DNA of 64,000 bases from Eledone cirrhosa (taxonomy: Eukaryota): positions 240,002,001 to 240,066,000 of the forward strand of contig OZ024740.1 of the NCBI GenBank assembly GCA_964016885.1, read 5' to 3'. The translations under genes and the position numbers were made by a program. The notes beneath the pieces are model-generated. The model saw only the letters and a list, made by a program, of their open reading frames with translations, had not been told where the DNA came from and searched no databases. Positions 26,701 to 40,443 of the stretch are shown here, piece after piece (position 1 is the stretch's first letter; every line of letters begins with the position of its first letter).

Positions 26701-27183
26701 GTCTATGTCACATGTTGATCTTATACTGTACTTTTTTTTTCAATTTTCTAAGTTTAGTTTGTTTAACATGTTCACCTACTTTATAGTTTGTTAAAATTTC
26801 TATGTCAGATCGGAGAAGGTTTATTTGGCGATTGACGTTATCTTGCCAAGTAGATTTCTTGTGGGAATTCCTTTGTTTTTTCATCTTCACTCCACATAAG
26901 TGAGTGGTGACTTTAGCCGATGCATAATAGAGATGATTTAAGTCAGTAATGTTTAGTTTGTTTGTGATGATAATGTTTTTGAGAATTATGTTAGTCTTGT
27001 GTATTATCTTTTGGTTCTGTTTGGAGTTCTGGATCTTAGGGAGGGTGTCTCGTTGCCCCATGTCAGATTCTTTCATTTTCATCCATTCGATCATAATTTC
27101 ATCCTTCAAGTTGGCAAGTTCATTCTCATTCATTTCTTTATCATTTACGATCTCATTATTTTCATTTGGAGTTTCATCCTGAG

Positions 27184-27300
<117 letters not shown>

Positions 27301-28620
27301 CCCACTTATTCCTGAAAAGTTCGCTGGGGAAGAGTTCTCAAACACTCCTTAGAACGGGTCCTGTCAGAAGCAAACGTCTCTAACTTATCCGGTTGGATCT
27401 CCAAGTGAGACCAGCCAAGCTAATGGGTGATATCCAACCATCTTGCTTGAGGTCTACTCCTGGGTCTCCTGCCAGTAAAATCTGTCCAGCGATTCCTTTC
27501 TGAGACATTCTAAACATATGCCCATTGTATCGGAGCTGTGATTTCTCAATTCTAAAAAGTAGCGGATCTCCGAGTAACGTTCCTCCAAAGAAGAACACCA
27601 TTTAGGCCGCTTGTATTCGCGATGGTATTCAGAAGAACACCATTTAGGCCGCTTGTATTCGCGATCGTATTCTTTCAGTCCTTCCGCAAGATTGGTGACC
27701 ACAGGTAAGGGTTGGCACGAATACCAAATTGAAGATAGCGAATTTGGCCTTTACACCTACCTCCTTTCTTCCGATTACCAAATGCTGAAGCTGGCGCATT
27801 ACTGCGCCAGGTCCTGCAATGTTGGCAATTAATTCAGCCTTGCCTTCAATCACTCATGAACATGGCCACCAGATACTTGAACTTCTCCACCTGTTTCAGT
27901 GGAATTGCATTCATATGCAGGGCGTGCTGCGCAGGTTTCCTAGATAAGACGCGTGTCTCAGTTTTCGCAGCACTGATTTTCATTCCAGCTATGCAGCACT
28001 CGGCATCAAACCTATCAAATGCATGTCGGAGATCACCTTCTGTTGAGTTAAGTAATACTATGTCGTCTGCAAATTCCAGCCGACTTATTCTACACCTACC
28101 AGACGTTATACCACTTCCAACCCGGCTGCGCATGTCAATCGTATCCATGAAGATTATGAACAGGAGAGGTGACAGTAAGCACCCTTGGCGGAGTCTGACA
28201 CCAATATTGAATGGTTTTGGTTCAGAACCATTTATCCGAACACAAATACTCGGGCGTTCGTACAGAGACATCAGGGCATCAATAAGCTAACCATCGATCG
28301 TATACTTCTGTAGAACCTTCCACAGCAGGTCCCAAGGAATGCAGTCATATGCCTTTTCAAGGTCTTCAAAGCAATAATATATCTTTTGGTAATACTCACA
28401 CGATTTCTGCTGCAGTGTGAATATTTGGTAGGTTGTGCTGAGTCAGGGACGATAGCTACACTGTTCACCGGCTAGCTTAGACTCGACAATCTCCCATATC
28501 TCTTTGCTAGACACTTAACGTAGACTTTAAACGGGGAGGCTTAACAAGGAGATCCCTCTGTAATTGGAACAATCTCTCTTGTCTCTCATTTTGAAAATTG
28601 GGATTATCCTTCCTGGTTGC
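27301..28620 (-). mobile_element. RTE-clade LINE 3' fragment with (TAA)n tail
   Basis: DLEKAYD, RQGCLLSPLLFIIFMD, FADD, VEKFKYL; 49-bp internal duplication at 27590-27665; same family as 56700-59230. Confidence 0.9.
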
Positions 28621-29944
28621 CAAAAATATGCTAAAAGTGTTATTAGAGTTCACTCCCCTTTTCTCATTATCTATTGAATCTAACATAGCAAGACATTACC
28701 TACACTTAATAAGTATACAATTCCTCACTGATATAGCAAATTATTTAATAGAAATAACATAAAACAAACTAAATCAGCTGAAGTAGATTTTCCAGTTTCA
28801 TAATCTAATTTGCCTAATCAGTGATTTTCGTAACACAAAAGAAATTAGTTCTTTTAATATTTTTGAGAACTTGGCTGTGATTGGATGGAGTGTCTGAGAA
28901 GTTTTCATAGGTCCAAAAGATTGGACACATCCCTCTACATATTGCCATATAAATTTTAGTTGATAGAAACTTCAGTAGTTCTCGTCTTTGTCCTTTATAT
29001 TATGATTGTTTCAATTAATTAAAAACTATTCTTAGCTCATTACCCCAAGTATGATCACTAGCGTTTAATTCTATGTTCTTCGTGCAGAAAGCATCTTTTG
29101 GAATTTTTCAATGTCATACAACCATTCAATTTTGTCTAGAAATGTCAATTTATAAACCAAACTAGGTAGTAAAGCAGGAACTACATACATACTACCTAAA
29201 AATGATGACCTTGACTCTATTTTAAACACATGCACCGTTAAAAAATATCAACGGCAATAGCAAATAATCAATAAGGTTACTGGGTTATCTCCATCAGGAG
29301 GCATTGCTTCTTCCATATGGAAAAATGTATTGCAAATAAACAGTAAAGCTATCAAGCTGGCAGCTTTCGTTCGTTTTATGGACGCTTTCAGTGAAAACAT
29401 TAAAAGCGTTGTATGAAATAAACACATATCATCATCCATTTGATTAAAATCGAATGTTTTCTGTAGTTGTTGCTTCAGCTTCCTGGGTTACAATTGTTGT
29501 TGTTGAAGATATTGCTGTAAATAGTTGAATGGGTTTAAGATAGCGGAAATGAAAGACAACAGTGAAATATTATGGCATTTGTAAAAGTGTTGTTGTTGTT
29601 ATTGTTTAGACTCAGGTCAATTCAAGACAAGCAGAACTATGATCATAGACATTCAAACCATGACCGTGTCATCTTATTTCTTCGGATAGATTTACCTATG
29701 ACTACATAATAGAATGTGTGCTATAATTTTTAAGTCTTAAAAATATCCTTTGAGAGGTATTAAACTGTTGTATTCAACCAATCAAGCAACACGGTAGATG
29801 GTTGCTTCACTGGCTAAAAGTGGTCCATATGGAGATTTGGCTGCTATTTCTCGCTGAAATAAATACCCTCAGGTATTCTCTGGTCTATTATTATTTTAAG
29901 AATATTCTTTTATATTATACAACATTACAGTAAACAATAAATAT

Positions 29945-30039
<95 letters not shown>

Positions 30040-30040
30040 C

Positions 30041-30079
<39 letters not shown>

Positions 30080-30082
<3 letters not shown>

Positions 30083-30489
30083 AGTCCCTCATCAGTGATT
30101 TGCCAACGATCATAGATATTTCATTGCATTAAAAATCATATACCTCACGTTGGTGCAATAATAACTAAATTAAGTTATTAGGACAATTAAAACGCGTAAA
30201 GCGAGTGAGACAAGTAAACAACAAAGAGGAAAGCTAACCGTAGATAGGAAGGGCACAAGCTACATAGTTATTCTGCGGTTAGCTTTCCTCTTTGTGTTTA
30301 CTTGTCTCACTCGCTTTACCCGTTTTAATTGTCCTAATAACTTAATTTAGTTATTATTGCACCAACGTGAGGTATATGATTTTTAATGCAATGAAATATC
30401 TATGATCGTTGGCAAATCACTGATGAGGGACTCATTTTATAACATGTTATCCATGTGCAACCTGCAGTATTCTTCTCCCCATTTTTTCA
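30080..30489. mobile_element. (TA)n-flanked asymmetric fold-back with about 165-bp arms
   Basis: Arms 30082-30246 / 30269-30433 with few mismatches; CTGATGAG near each outer end (30420-27 and its complement); (TA)n on both sides. Confidence 0.85.
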
Positions 30490-30508
30490 TATATATATGT
30501 ATATATAC

Positions 30509-30616
<108 letters not shown>

Positions 30617-30773
30617 ATATATATATATATAGGAACGAGTAGGACCCCGACGGCTGAGCTCAAGCCGTTTCGACTGTTAATTCTGGACTAATTCTGAACT
30701 TAACCACGTTTACATATATTACAGTAAACACACACACACCCACACACCACACCCACATACACACATAGATACA

Positions 30774-30864
<91 letters not shown>

Positions 30865-30866
<2 letters not shown>

Positions 30867-31095
30867 CAAAGGAAATGTGATAAGGAACCACGTACCAGAG
30901 TACTCGATACTTAGGGTAGTAGAGTGGAAATAGGAAAAAGTATGACCGGCTATTTCTGGTCCAGAATTAGCCGTCGAAACGGCTTGAGCTCTGCCGTCGG
31001 GGTCATACTCGTTCCTATTACCCACTCTACTACCCTAAGTATTGAGTACTTTGGTGCGTTATGGTCCACCTGGCTCCTTACCACATTTCCTTCGT

Positions 31096-31096
<1 letters not shown>
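30865..31096 (+). mobile_element. Rod-like palindromic element, family D, with a hammerhead lacking its CUGAUGA box
   Basis: About 85-bp imperfect terminal inverted repeats; centre ggctatttctgg/ccagaattagcc-gtc-GAAA-cggct tgagctc tgccg-UC-ggggtcata; partial copies at 30631-30689(-), 31142-31286(-), 39659-39794, 54790-54848. Confidence 0.75.
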
Positions 31097-31144
<48 letters not shown>

Positions 31145-31285
31145 TATGACCCCGACGGCAGAGCTCAAGCCATTTCGACGACTATTTCTGGACCAGAAAT
31201 AGCCGGTCATACTTTTTCCTATTTCCACTCTACTACCCTAAGTATCGAGTACTCTGGTGCGTAGTTCCCTACCACATTTCCTTTG

Positions 31286-31360
<75 letters not shown>

Positions 31361-31396
31361 CATGTGTGTGTGTGTGTGTTTACTGTAATATATGTA

Positions 31397-31498
31397 AACG
31401 TGGTTAAGTGGGTAGAGAATGATCGCAATCGTGAAGGTTCGATACCCGGACTGGTCGATGCGTTATCTCCTTGAACAAGACACTTTATTTCACGTTGT
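31397..31498 (+). mobile_element. CORE-type tRNA-derived SINE fragment
   Basis: B box ggttcgataccc followed by a CORE-like tccttgaacaagacactttatttcacgttg. Confidence 0.6.
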
Positions 31499-31589
31499 GA
31501 CCGGTAGATAGTATTATCAATTGGAAACACTGTTTCCCCGATCTGATTGGACGAGCTCTACCCAACTCGTTAAACGAATGAGGTTTGGG

Positions 31590-31743
<154 letters not shown>

Positions 31744-31863
31744 GGGTTCAATCGGGTGTAACCACAGTAAGTAAGGTACTCAATACATAGAAGACTATAT
31801 ACACTATTTAATATAGTCCTGTAAAAGCCATTTCTATATATTCCAAAGTATAACAATATATCA

Positions 31864-31896
<33 letters not shown>

Positions 31897-32037
31897 CTTT
31901 TCATTTCAATTTATTATGAATTTCTGGTTGGTTGGTTGGTTCAATAACCGGATGGTTGTTTATATATTGCCAAAGCTCTTTCGTCACATATTCTGTAACC
32001 TCCTCAATGACTAGGGTTTTATTTTGTGTCTCTCCTT

Positions 32038-32307
32038 TGTCCTGTCAGGGCATTATTCAAGGAGAAGGCAACTCAGGAAACTGGGATAACCCCGATATAA
32101 AACCTGCGGCTCAGTAGTTACCATGTTGTTGATCTTTTCTTCTTTTCGGGTTATAGCTACTGTCGCTCAGGGAGTGGGATTGGCTCAGTGTACAGTCTTT
32201 CCTCACTTTAAAAAATATCTTCATGCACAGGCATTGCACGATAGAATTAATTACTAATTATTAATAATGGTATATCATGCAATGGCCATACTCGATAACG
32301 AGGGGCA

Positions 32308-32313
<6 letters not shown>
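32038..32313 (+). mobile_element. RTE-derived short non-autonomous element
   Basis: ggagaaggcaactc..gatataaaacctgc 5' part and ctcgataacgaggggcagccatc 3' end; homologous to 4891-5185. Confidence 0.7.
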
Positions 32314-32339
<26 letters not shown>

Positions 32340-32345
<6 letters not shown>

Positions 32346-32487
32346 TCTGAAGACGGCATATATATGAGTTGGTATGTATATTTAATTTTGATAGTTTGTA
32401 TAATTTTGTATAATTTTGTACATAGATCTGTTAAATATACATGCCAATTCTAACACATATATATCCCAGAAACGATCGTTAAATAAT
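32340..32487 (+). ncRNA. Type I hammerhead ribozyme with long stem II (family C)
   Basis: attattt-CUGAAGA(32347-53)-115 nt-GAAA(32469-72)-CGATCG-UU-aaataat; the element runs to about 32687 between (TA)n tracts; near-identical to 59764-59917. Confidence 0.75.
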
Positions 32488-32684
32488 GAACTTTTTTTGT
32501 TTAATATAAGGAACTGTTTCATTGTTTTATTCATTATTTTTTTAATATTTTATCTTGACTCTGTATTCCGTTTATCTTTCACCGAAAGTGATTTTTCATT
32601 GCATCTCTTCTTTCCATGATATCCGGATTACATTGAGTTCTTCATACGGATTGGACACTACCGTAAACTCTTGGTAGATTTATC

Positions 32685-32766
<82 letters not shown>

Positions 32767-32806
32767 CCTTATCGATCCCTCTTCGGATTTTGGTCTTCAA
32801 AATTAC

Positions 32807-32838
<32 letters not shown>

Positions 32839-35239
32839 CATATATATATATACACACACAACAGTAGGTCGACAAGATTCCAGACCTCATATATATAAAG
32901 AAAGGTGTGAGTGTGTGTGTATTGTTGTTTTTCAACAGATTAAATTTCTGTAATGAAATGTTTTGATTTAAAGACGACAAAGCTGAAAGATCAACAGTGT
33001 TGTGTGTAATAGAAAACTTGCATTGACTATCTATTATCTATTTATTCGTATAAATTGATAAATCATTCTCTATTGAGTGAGTGAAAGGAAATTGAGTATA
33101 TAGTTTTCACTGTTTAATTAAGTATTTAGTTTCAAAAGATGTGTAACTTTCAGTGAATCATGTATTTTTAGAAAAAGAAAATGCGGCTTTGTATTCACAT
33201 TTAATGTGGTTTATTTTAAAATAACTTTAAAAATTAGCAGAAACCAATAGACTGATGGTCTTTTGTAATATACCACATTATTGAGCAACCGAACGATTTT
33301 TATCTACAAACCTCATAACATAAATATGTTTATCCTTTAATAATCTACACATTTCTGATTTTTATGGGATTTTGCTTTTACTTTATAAAGTACCCTCTTT
33401 ATCCTGGAGTTGAATTCGTAGATATTTTAGCCACCAACTTCATGTCATAGTGTATCAGTTGTTATGCTTTGCATAGTTCTGAATTCTATATTACCTAAGT
33501 TGTAAGTAAGAAAGAATGTAAGTAACTCAATTTGACCAGTAAGTGACTTAGATAAAAGCTTTTAATATGTCTTTGCTACCGTATCATGAAGTTGAAAATG
33601 TGGCATAAGAATTATCAAATGTCGGTCGATCGAATAGCATAAGTAATAGGCGTACTTTTCTTCAAAGAAAAAGATTATATGTAGTAGTCGAGATTTTCTC
33701 CAGTTATTGAACTATTTTATTTTAAGAAAGAAAAAAAAAGAAATATATTTGATTATTTTGTAATATTTTAATTTATTATTGTTGTTTTCTACATAGAAAA
33801 CTAATTAATTTCTCTCACAACACCATATTTCTGTGGTGCATTAAATAAATCTCTAGAATATTAACAACGTTTAGCAGAAACTTTAATGAGACACAGTCTT
33901 TATTGTAGTATATAATCCAAAATAACCTTTCTTTATTAAGAAAATACTAAGTGATTTGGGTGATTTTTCGCTGATATTTCTAACAAGATGAGCGAATACG
34001 AAGATACTCTCATTGGTTCGAACCTGTAACACTTGTCTAAATCTGAAATAAATTTATGGGAATGTATTATACGGAATGTGTCAGTATGCAAGAAGTAATA
34101 TGGTTTGTGAGAGCAGTTGAAGGCAAATCGGGCAGAAAACATAGGATGGTCAAGAATGCAATAGTTGATATAATAAATGTAGATATAGAATCCAATATCC
34201 GGTTTTGTATGTTAACAGATGAATTTAAACAATCTATATTTTTTTTTAAATATCTCACTTCATAATATCTAACATTTATGAAAACAACTTTATATTCTTT
34301 ATATTCATTATCTTTCGTATTTTCCAAACAACTTTAATATAAAAGCATTTTAGTTCAGATTATTTCCATCTGCAACCATTTAATCATTTGCTCTTTTACC
34401 CCGTTCTCAAACAATTTAATAAATTTAAAAAAAAACAATTTGCTAAGCTTAACATTGATTTCTAATATTAGCACATCGCCACATATATTTATGAGGACCT
34501 AGTCAATTGTATTTACCCAGCACTTCACATAATTTCTCGACTCTGGGATTGAATTCAGAATACTAAAAGAATTCACTAGACGTCGCATGGCTTTTGTCTT
34601 CTACTCGACCAATCATCTATTTAGCCTAATATATAGGTATAAGGCCAGAAATGTTGGGTGGAAGGACTGTTAATTATATCGCGCCCAGTATTGATTGGTA
34701 ACTTATCCTGGCAGATGAATGTAAAGTTGACCACGGAACGAGTTGAACTCATAATTTAAAAGAGCAGAAAGAATTATCGGTTAATATTGGCTGCTTATCA
34801 CCTTAATCATTGGCTGTGTTTTACAAACTGAATTCCTTCGCTGTTAATCACAATGTCTAAGATCCGAGGATTTATCTAGTTTAAGCGAAAATTTCCGATT
34901 TTACAAAATAAATAAATGAATATTTAAGAAGACTTGTTCAGCCATAATGTTTGTTCTAGCACAGAAATGTACATATATTTCAATTGTTTAGTCATATTCA
35001 ACAACGGATTGTGCAACATTCTTGTTTGATTGATAACCATTATAATTGTGTGAGCACATAAAGAATATTTTAATGGGACATAAAGCAATGTGTTGTATAT
35101 TCCTTATTGATTGCTTCAATAATGACGAATTTACTCACGAATATTTATTGTTACATATTATACAAATTCCATCAACATCTAAGATGTAATAAATGGCATC
35201 TGTCATGAAACCACCATCTATATTTGAGCACGACGGAAG

Positions 35240-37830
35240 TCGTATTGCTAAAGTAGTTTATGGCACATTTACAACAGTTTTCTAAATCTTGAATATAACC
35301 AGCTCACAGAGTTGTATATGATAGTTAAAGGCAGCTGCTTTTTAGAACTTTTTTTTAGTTCATTATTCTATTTGCCATACATCTTACAACCGGTGTTCAT
35401 GATCAAGGTTTTCATTATTATATTTTTTATCATGTTACCCAGTCATGTGAATTGCAAAGCAATTGATTGAACATGGCTTTGTTATACATCCAAATTCTAG
35501 GTCATTCTACTCCGAAAAGTGATAAAAGTATCACATCAATCAATAATATGCTTTCTATAACGTTGTTTTGTATCTTGATTCTTTTGTATGAGTGGAACAA
35601 AAATAGTCCAAACTTCGAATCTCACCAAAGTGAACTAAGATCAATAGGAATTTGGGTTAGATTTAATATTATTATTTTTCCGTAGTTTTATTTTTGTTGC
35701 ATGCTTTCACTGCACTAACAAGTATATGCGTCTTGGATACCTGCAATATTTTTATTTTGTTTTGAAGTTTCCATTGTCTTGAAAGTACAGTACGTATTAT
35801 GTGTTTCGTAGTATGTGTGTTGTGTATATTTGAAGTCCTGTCATTTGAGTTGTGTATTCCCCTGCATTTTGTTAATTATTTGCAAAGCACCTACTATTAC
35901 AGAGATTGGTTCTGTTTTCAGTTCCTACATATGGTTATCTCTTTTTTCAGATCTTTATGTTTAGATACTTTTTCCATCTCATTTTCGTCTGTTGGTATTA
36001 CTTCCTATTATGTGATCCTCCATTTCCTAATGGTCTTTATAAGAATATCCAATTAAAGTTGATCCTGTATTTGTGTATTTTCATATTTCGGAGAGTGTTT
36101 ACTTTGTCATTTTCTGAGTTATTTTCTGATGTATGTGTATATGATTTCTCTTTTATATATATTGGCAGAATTCGTTGCCATTTTCTCATGATGTGTTTAA
36201 AGTATCTGCTTATTATTGATGTTACTCATGAGTGTCGTTTCCAAGATCCGTGTAAGGAGAACACTATCCAAAACCTTCTTGGAGTCACTCTACACCATGC
36301 GCAAATTCATCCTTTTTTTAAATCTTTGGCTATAGATTTGATGATCAGTTATTGTTGATCTTTAAAAAAACATAAGCATTTGCATCCCACCTACAACAGG
36401 TTTGTTTTCATATATTTATATAATCTCAGCGATATCTTTGTAGTCAACACTCTATGAATTGTAGAATGGTAGCTTTACTGTTTTAATCTTTGACATTCCT
36501 TTAATCTTGAAGATTAAATAGATTTTTCCCTCGGTGTGCCAATCAGGCGTAGTCTCCAACTATGTGAATATCTTATTAACCTGTTGTAAGATTGTTGAAT
36601 ATTTTAGCTCAGATCTTTAAGTTTCCTTTTGTCTTCCAACTGTTTGCTTTTGTTGGAACGTTTGAACTACTTCTTATACTGTTATGACCTCTCAGATTCT
36701 TAAACCACTGTGTATGTTCATATGAACAGTCTTTTCTGTGATTCCTCTACTCACAATACACTGTACCAGATTTTATTTTTTATTTTGTTATGTGTTGGTA
36801 CTACAATGATTTCTATTTCATTTCTTCTTAATGCTTGATAAAATTGCCTTAGGTTGGAGTTGAACTGTTTGTTTTTTTGTTCAAATAATCGTTACTTTTC
36901 ATAACGATGGGCCTTTGCGATTTAGCAAGGATCTCTTCTTTCATGCCTTCTTTGATTTTGAGTAATAGTTTTGTTTGTTCTTTTTATTGAAATACTATAT
37001 TTTAGTAATAGTTGTTACTCTTATTTTTATTTAGCTGTCCTTTTTCATTATTGATTCCATTAAGGATTGAGAAATATTTTATTTTCCATATTTTTCTGTC
37101 TTTGTTTTCTTCGTTCCTATATTTCTATATGAGTGGATCTAAAGGAGTAGATCACCGGTTGCTTTTATATTTCATTTAACCTGGTGGTATTGATTAAGTC
37201 TTAGATGGTTAAATTTGTGTTTTTATTGGGTTTATCATTTTATAGTTGAACGAGAATTTCATTGGGCCCTATGAAGTCTTCCAGTTATTTTAATTATATA
37301 ATTAAATTGGCATATTCATGATTTCCATCTTCAGAATTTCCTATTCTTATATCTTTCCTACATTTTTTAAAATTTATATTTTAGTTTGGGTTATTTCGGT
37401 TTTTATTCATCAATATTCTGTAGGAGTTGTTGTATTACTGTTTGCTTTCTTTTAAATGTTCGATTTCTGAAACTCTGCTCGTTTTCAGAACGCATCTTCG
37501 TAAAATAGCTAGCCTGTTGCGATTTAAAGTTATTTTTAGATATTGGTTAATTTTTTCACAAGATTTTACATTATATTTTTATAGTTTCGTGGTTAGTGAT
37601 ATAAAGTGATTGATTAATATACACGTAGAACAGAAACGTATACACTCATGTCTAATTTTCTGAAGCTTCGGAAGGTTAAAGTCTGGATATATTTTTCAGG
37701 TACCGGGAAATTTGTTTCTAGTAATGTTCACTTTGGCACTCTCCACTTTCTTACTTTCTATATATCAACATCAAATTATGGATTCCCTTTTTAACATCCT
37801 ATATTTTGTCATGTTTTTAATTGGTTTTGT
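35240..37830 (-). pseudogene. Heavily decayed R4/Dong-like LINE remnant
   Basis: Strong strand skew; scattered RT-like remnants on the minus strand (QFNSNLRQFY, a GxDxLQxFW-like segment, a GYSYKDH segment resembling GCKDQL); boundaries approximate. Confidence 0.45.
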
Positions 37831-37857
37831 TTTGATATTACTTGATGTCTGTTAAGA

Positions 37858-38075
37858 ATGGTAGATTGGCAGAATTGGTAGAGCTTTGGATAAAAAGCCA
37901 TTGCAGAATTTGTTCTAGATCTTTACATTCTGAGTTCAAATTCCGCCGAGGTAAACTTTGCTATTCATCCTTCCGGGGTCGATAAAATAAAGTACCAGTC
38001 AAATATTGCAGTTGATGAAATCAACATTGCTCTTCCTCCAGATTTGTTGGCCTTGTGCCTAGATTAAAAGTCGAT
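37858..38075 (+). mobile_element. tRNA-derived SINE, longer subfamily
   Basis: tggcagaattgg A box, gagttcaaattcc B box, Meta-like core, ggccttgtgcc tail. Confidence 0.9.
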
Positions 38076-38252
38076 ATTGATCTCCGTTAGTTTGATTACA
38101 TGACAATAACAACATTTGTGGTGCATTAATTATATGTGAATATAAATACATTTTACAAGTGTTACTTATTATTCTTCAGTATTTTCATCTTTCTTTTAGA
38201 TTTGATTTGATATTATATAATCGCTTTTGATGGATCATTTTCCGAGTAGTTA

Positions 38253-38443
38253 AATAATTGTTTCTACTTTAGGCACAAGGCCAGCAATTACCCAGTGCAT
38301 TACTGGTACCTTATTTTATCGACCCCCGTAAGGATGAAAGGAAAAGTCAACCTCGGCGGGATTTGAACTCAGATCGTAAAGGGACGTAACTATCCTGGAA
38401 AGCATGGCATCCGACTCTCTACCGATACTGCCAATCCACCGCC
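38253..38443 (-). mobile_element. Full-length tRNA-derived SINE with TSD
   Basis: TSD tccgagtagt(t/c)aaataa at 38241-57 and 38447-63. Confidence 0.95.
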
Positions 38444-38488
38444 CAATCCGAGTAGTCAAATAATGTTATCTCATTTAATGTCCTCTCA

Positions 38489-38544
<56 letters not shown>

Positions 38545-38561
38545 TTACCACCACCACCACC

Positions 38562-38601
<40 letters not shown>

Positions 38602-38602
38602 T

Positions 38603-38637
<35 letters not shown>

Positions 38638-38638
38638 T

Positions 38639-38673
<35 letters not shown>
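38489..38673. repeat. (CTA/CCA)n microsatellite
   Basis: Direct inspection. Confidence 0.97.
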
Positions 38674-39570
38674 TCAGCTTTTATGTTTTATTTCTACGTT
38701 TTTCAATTCACTTGTGCCTTAATTTCTGCAATGATAACCTACAGTTAAACTACACAACAGGAATAGAAAAATACATACATTTTTTAAAGAAAACATTGCT
38801 AATAAAATGTGTCAACTGCCTCATAAAAATTCTACTTCGTCCTTGCCTGTAAGGGCAGACACATATGTAGTGTATTATAATTTACAGCGTCAAATTTTCG
38901 CTTGAGTTGATACTATTTCCGCATCATTTCTTCTTCAATATAATACACATTTATCTATCTATGTACACACATATATTCATCATGCCATATATTGTCAATA
39001 AGATGCAAGCATATATAGTATGATGAATATATATAAAGATAAAAGAAGTGTGTCATAAACATGCCTAATGCGATATATATTATTTCAGGCATAGGCATCA
39101 GATATGGAAATCTGCTTTGTAAACCCGTATATGTCGAGTTTGGTTCCATTGTGTGGTATCTTACACAGTTGTATTCTAGTGTAGCCTCTAGTTGACAAAG
39201 GCATTGAGAATAAAATTTGTTAACAGAATCTGTCTCATCCTGTATGTATATATATATATATAAGAAAGAATGAAAAATTAGATAGATAGAAGAGACGAGC
39301 AGGGTGGAATTGGAAAAAAAATGTCTTTAGATAAAAATAATGGATCATTCATGTTGCCATCAAATTAAAAGAAATGTGTATATAGAGAGAGTGAGGGGAA
39401 AGAGACATATATCGTTACAGAAACACATTTTATTTTGTGCATATGTTTAAGGAAGAAGTACTTACTTTAAGGTGGAAAAAACGTATATATATAGGAAGCA
39501 CTGATGATTTCTCCCGAATGAAACAGTTCTAGTCATATAGAAGCCATTTCTATATTATATATATATATAC

Positions 39571-39658
<88 letters not shown>

Positions 39659-39792
39659 GAGAATTAGCCGTCGAAACGGCTTGAGCTCAGCTGTCGGGGT
39701 CTTACTGGTTCCTATTACCCACTCTACTACCTCAAGTATTGAGTACTTTGGTGCGTTATGGTCCACCTGGTTCCTTACCACATTTCCTTCGT

Positions 39793-39817
<25 letters not shown>

Positions 39818-39825
<8 letters not shown>

Positions 39826-40060
39826 ATACTTTGGGAGGGTCATGTTGCCAATAAGAAACCCACGCACCAGTTGCTTTCACTTCAATTTATTATAATAAAT
39901 TTATAAATTTAGGAATTTATAAATTTCCGGTTGGTTGGTTGGTTCCACAACCAGATGATTGTTTATATATTGTCTAAGTTTTTTCGCCACACATTCTGTG
40001 ACCTCTTCAGTGACTGGGGATTCTTATTGGCAACATGACCCTCCCAAAGTATAACAATAT
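39818..40060. mobile_element. Fold-back element, family F, with a degenerate minus-strand hammerhead
   Basis: 43-bp inverted ends 39818-39860 / 40016-40060; minus strand gtca-CUGAAGA-g-gtcaca gaatg tgtggc-GAAA; homologues at 31890-32015(-) and 46752-46800(+). Confidence 0.65.
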
Positions 40061-40443
40061 CGGTTTCAACATATATACATATATTTGTGTGAGGGGGGAG
40101 GGGGTACATGCGTGCGCGCGTGTGTGTGTTCCTGCGTTCCTGTTCGAACAACGGAAAAGTGTAGTCGTGAAATTAACGCAAATGTTATTGAACATTCCCT
40201 TTATACGATGAAATAAATAAATCACTTGATAAACTGACATCTGATAGGACAGGTACTAGATTTGCATTGATTGAGTAAAATTTGTTGGAACTTAGTGTCC
40301 CCAACATTGCCCTCAAACCCATGACGGAAACCAACAAAATAAGAGAATATATTAAGTCGCTAAAAAATGAAACTATATCAGGTGTTTTCGCTATTGTCAT
40401 GGTGTTTAGGTGTATCTTTTCAGATGAGTTTTATATGAGACTA

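Noticed and set aside
29248-29530. Non-repetitive stretch with short ORFs on both strands, possible host exon
   Set aside because: No recognisable domain or convincing splice sites; needs RNA-seq
33936-34327. Overlapping short ORFs in unique-looking DNA
   Set aside because: No homology I can recognise; length is compatible with chance
39496-39535. CTGATGA-tttctcccgaat-GAAA-cagttc hammerhead-like motif
   Set aside because: Stem II is only 3 bp and stem I cannot be paired; possibly a decayed copy but not supportable
40185-40400. 71-aa hydrophobic ORF
   Set aside because: No motif or exon evidence
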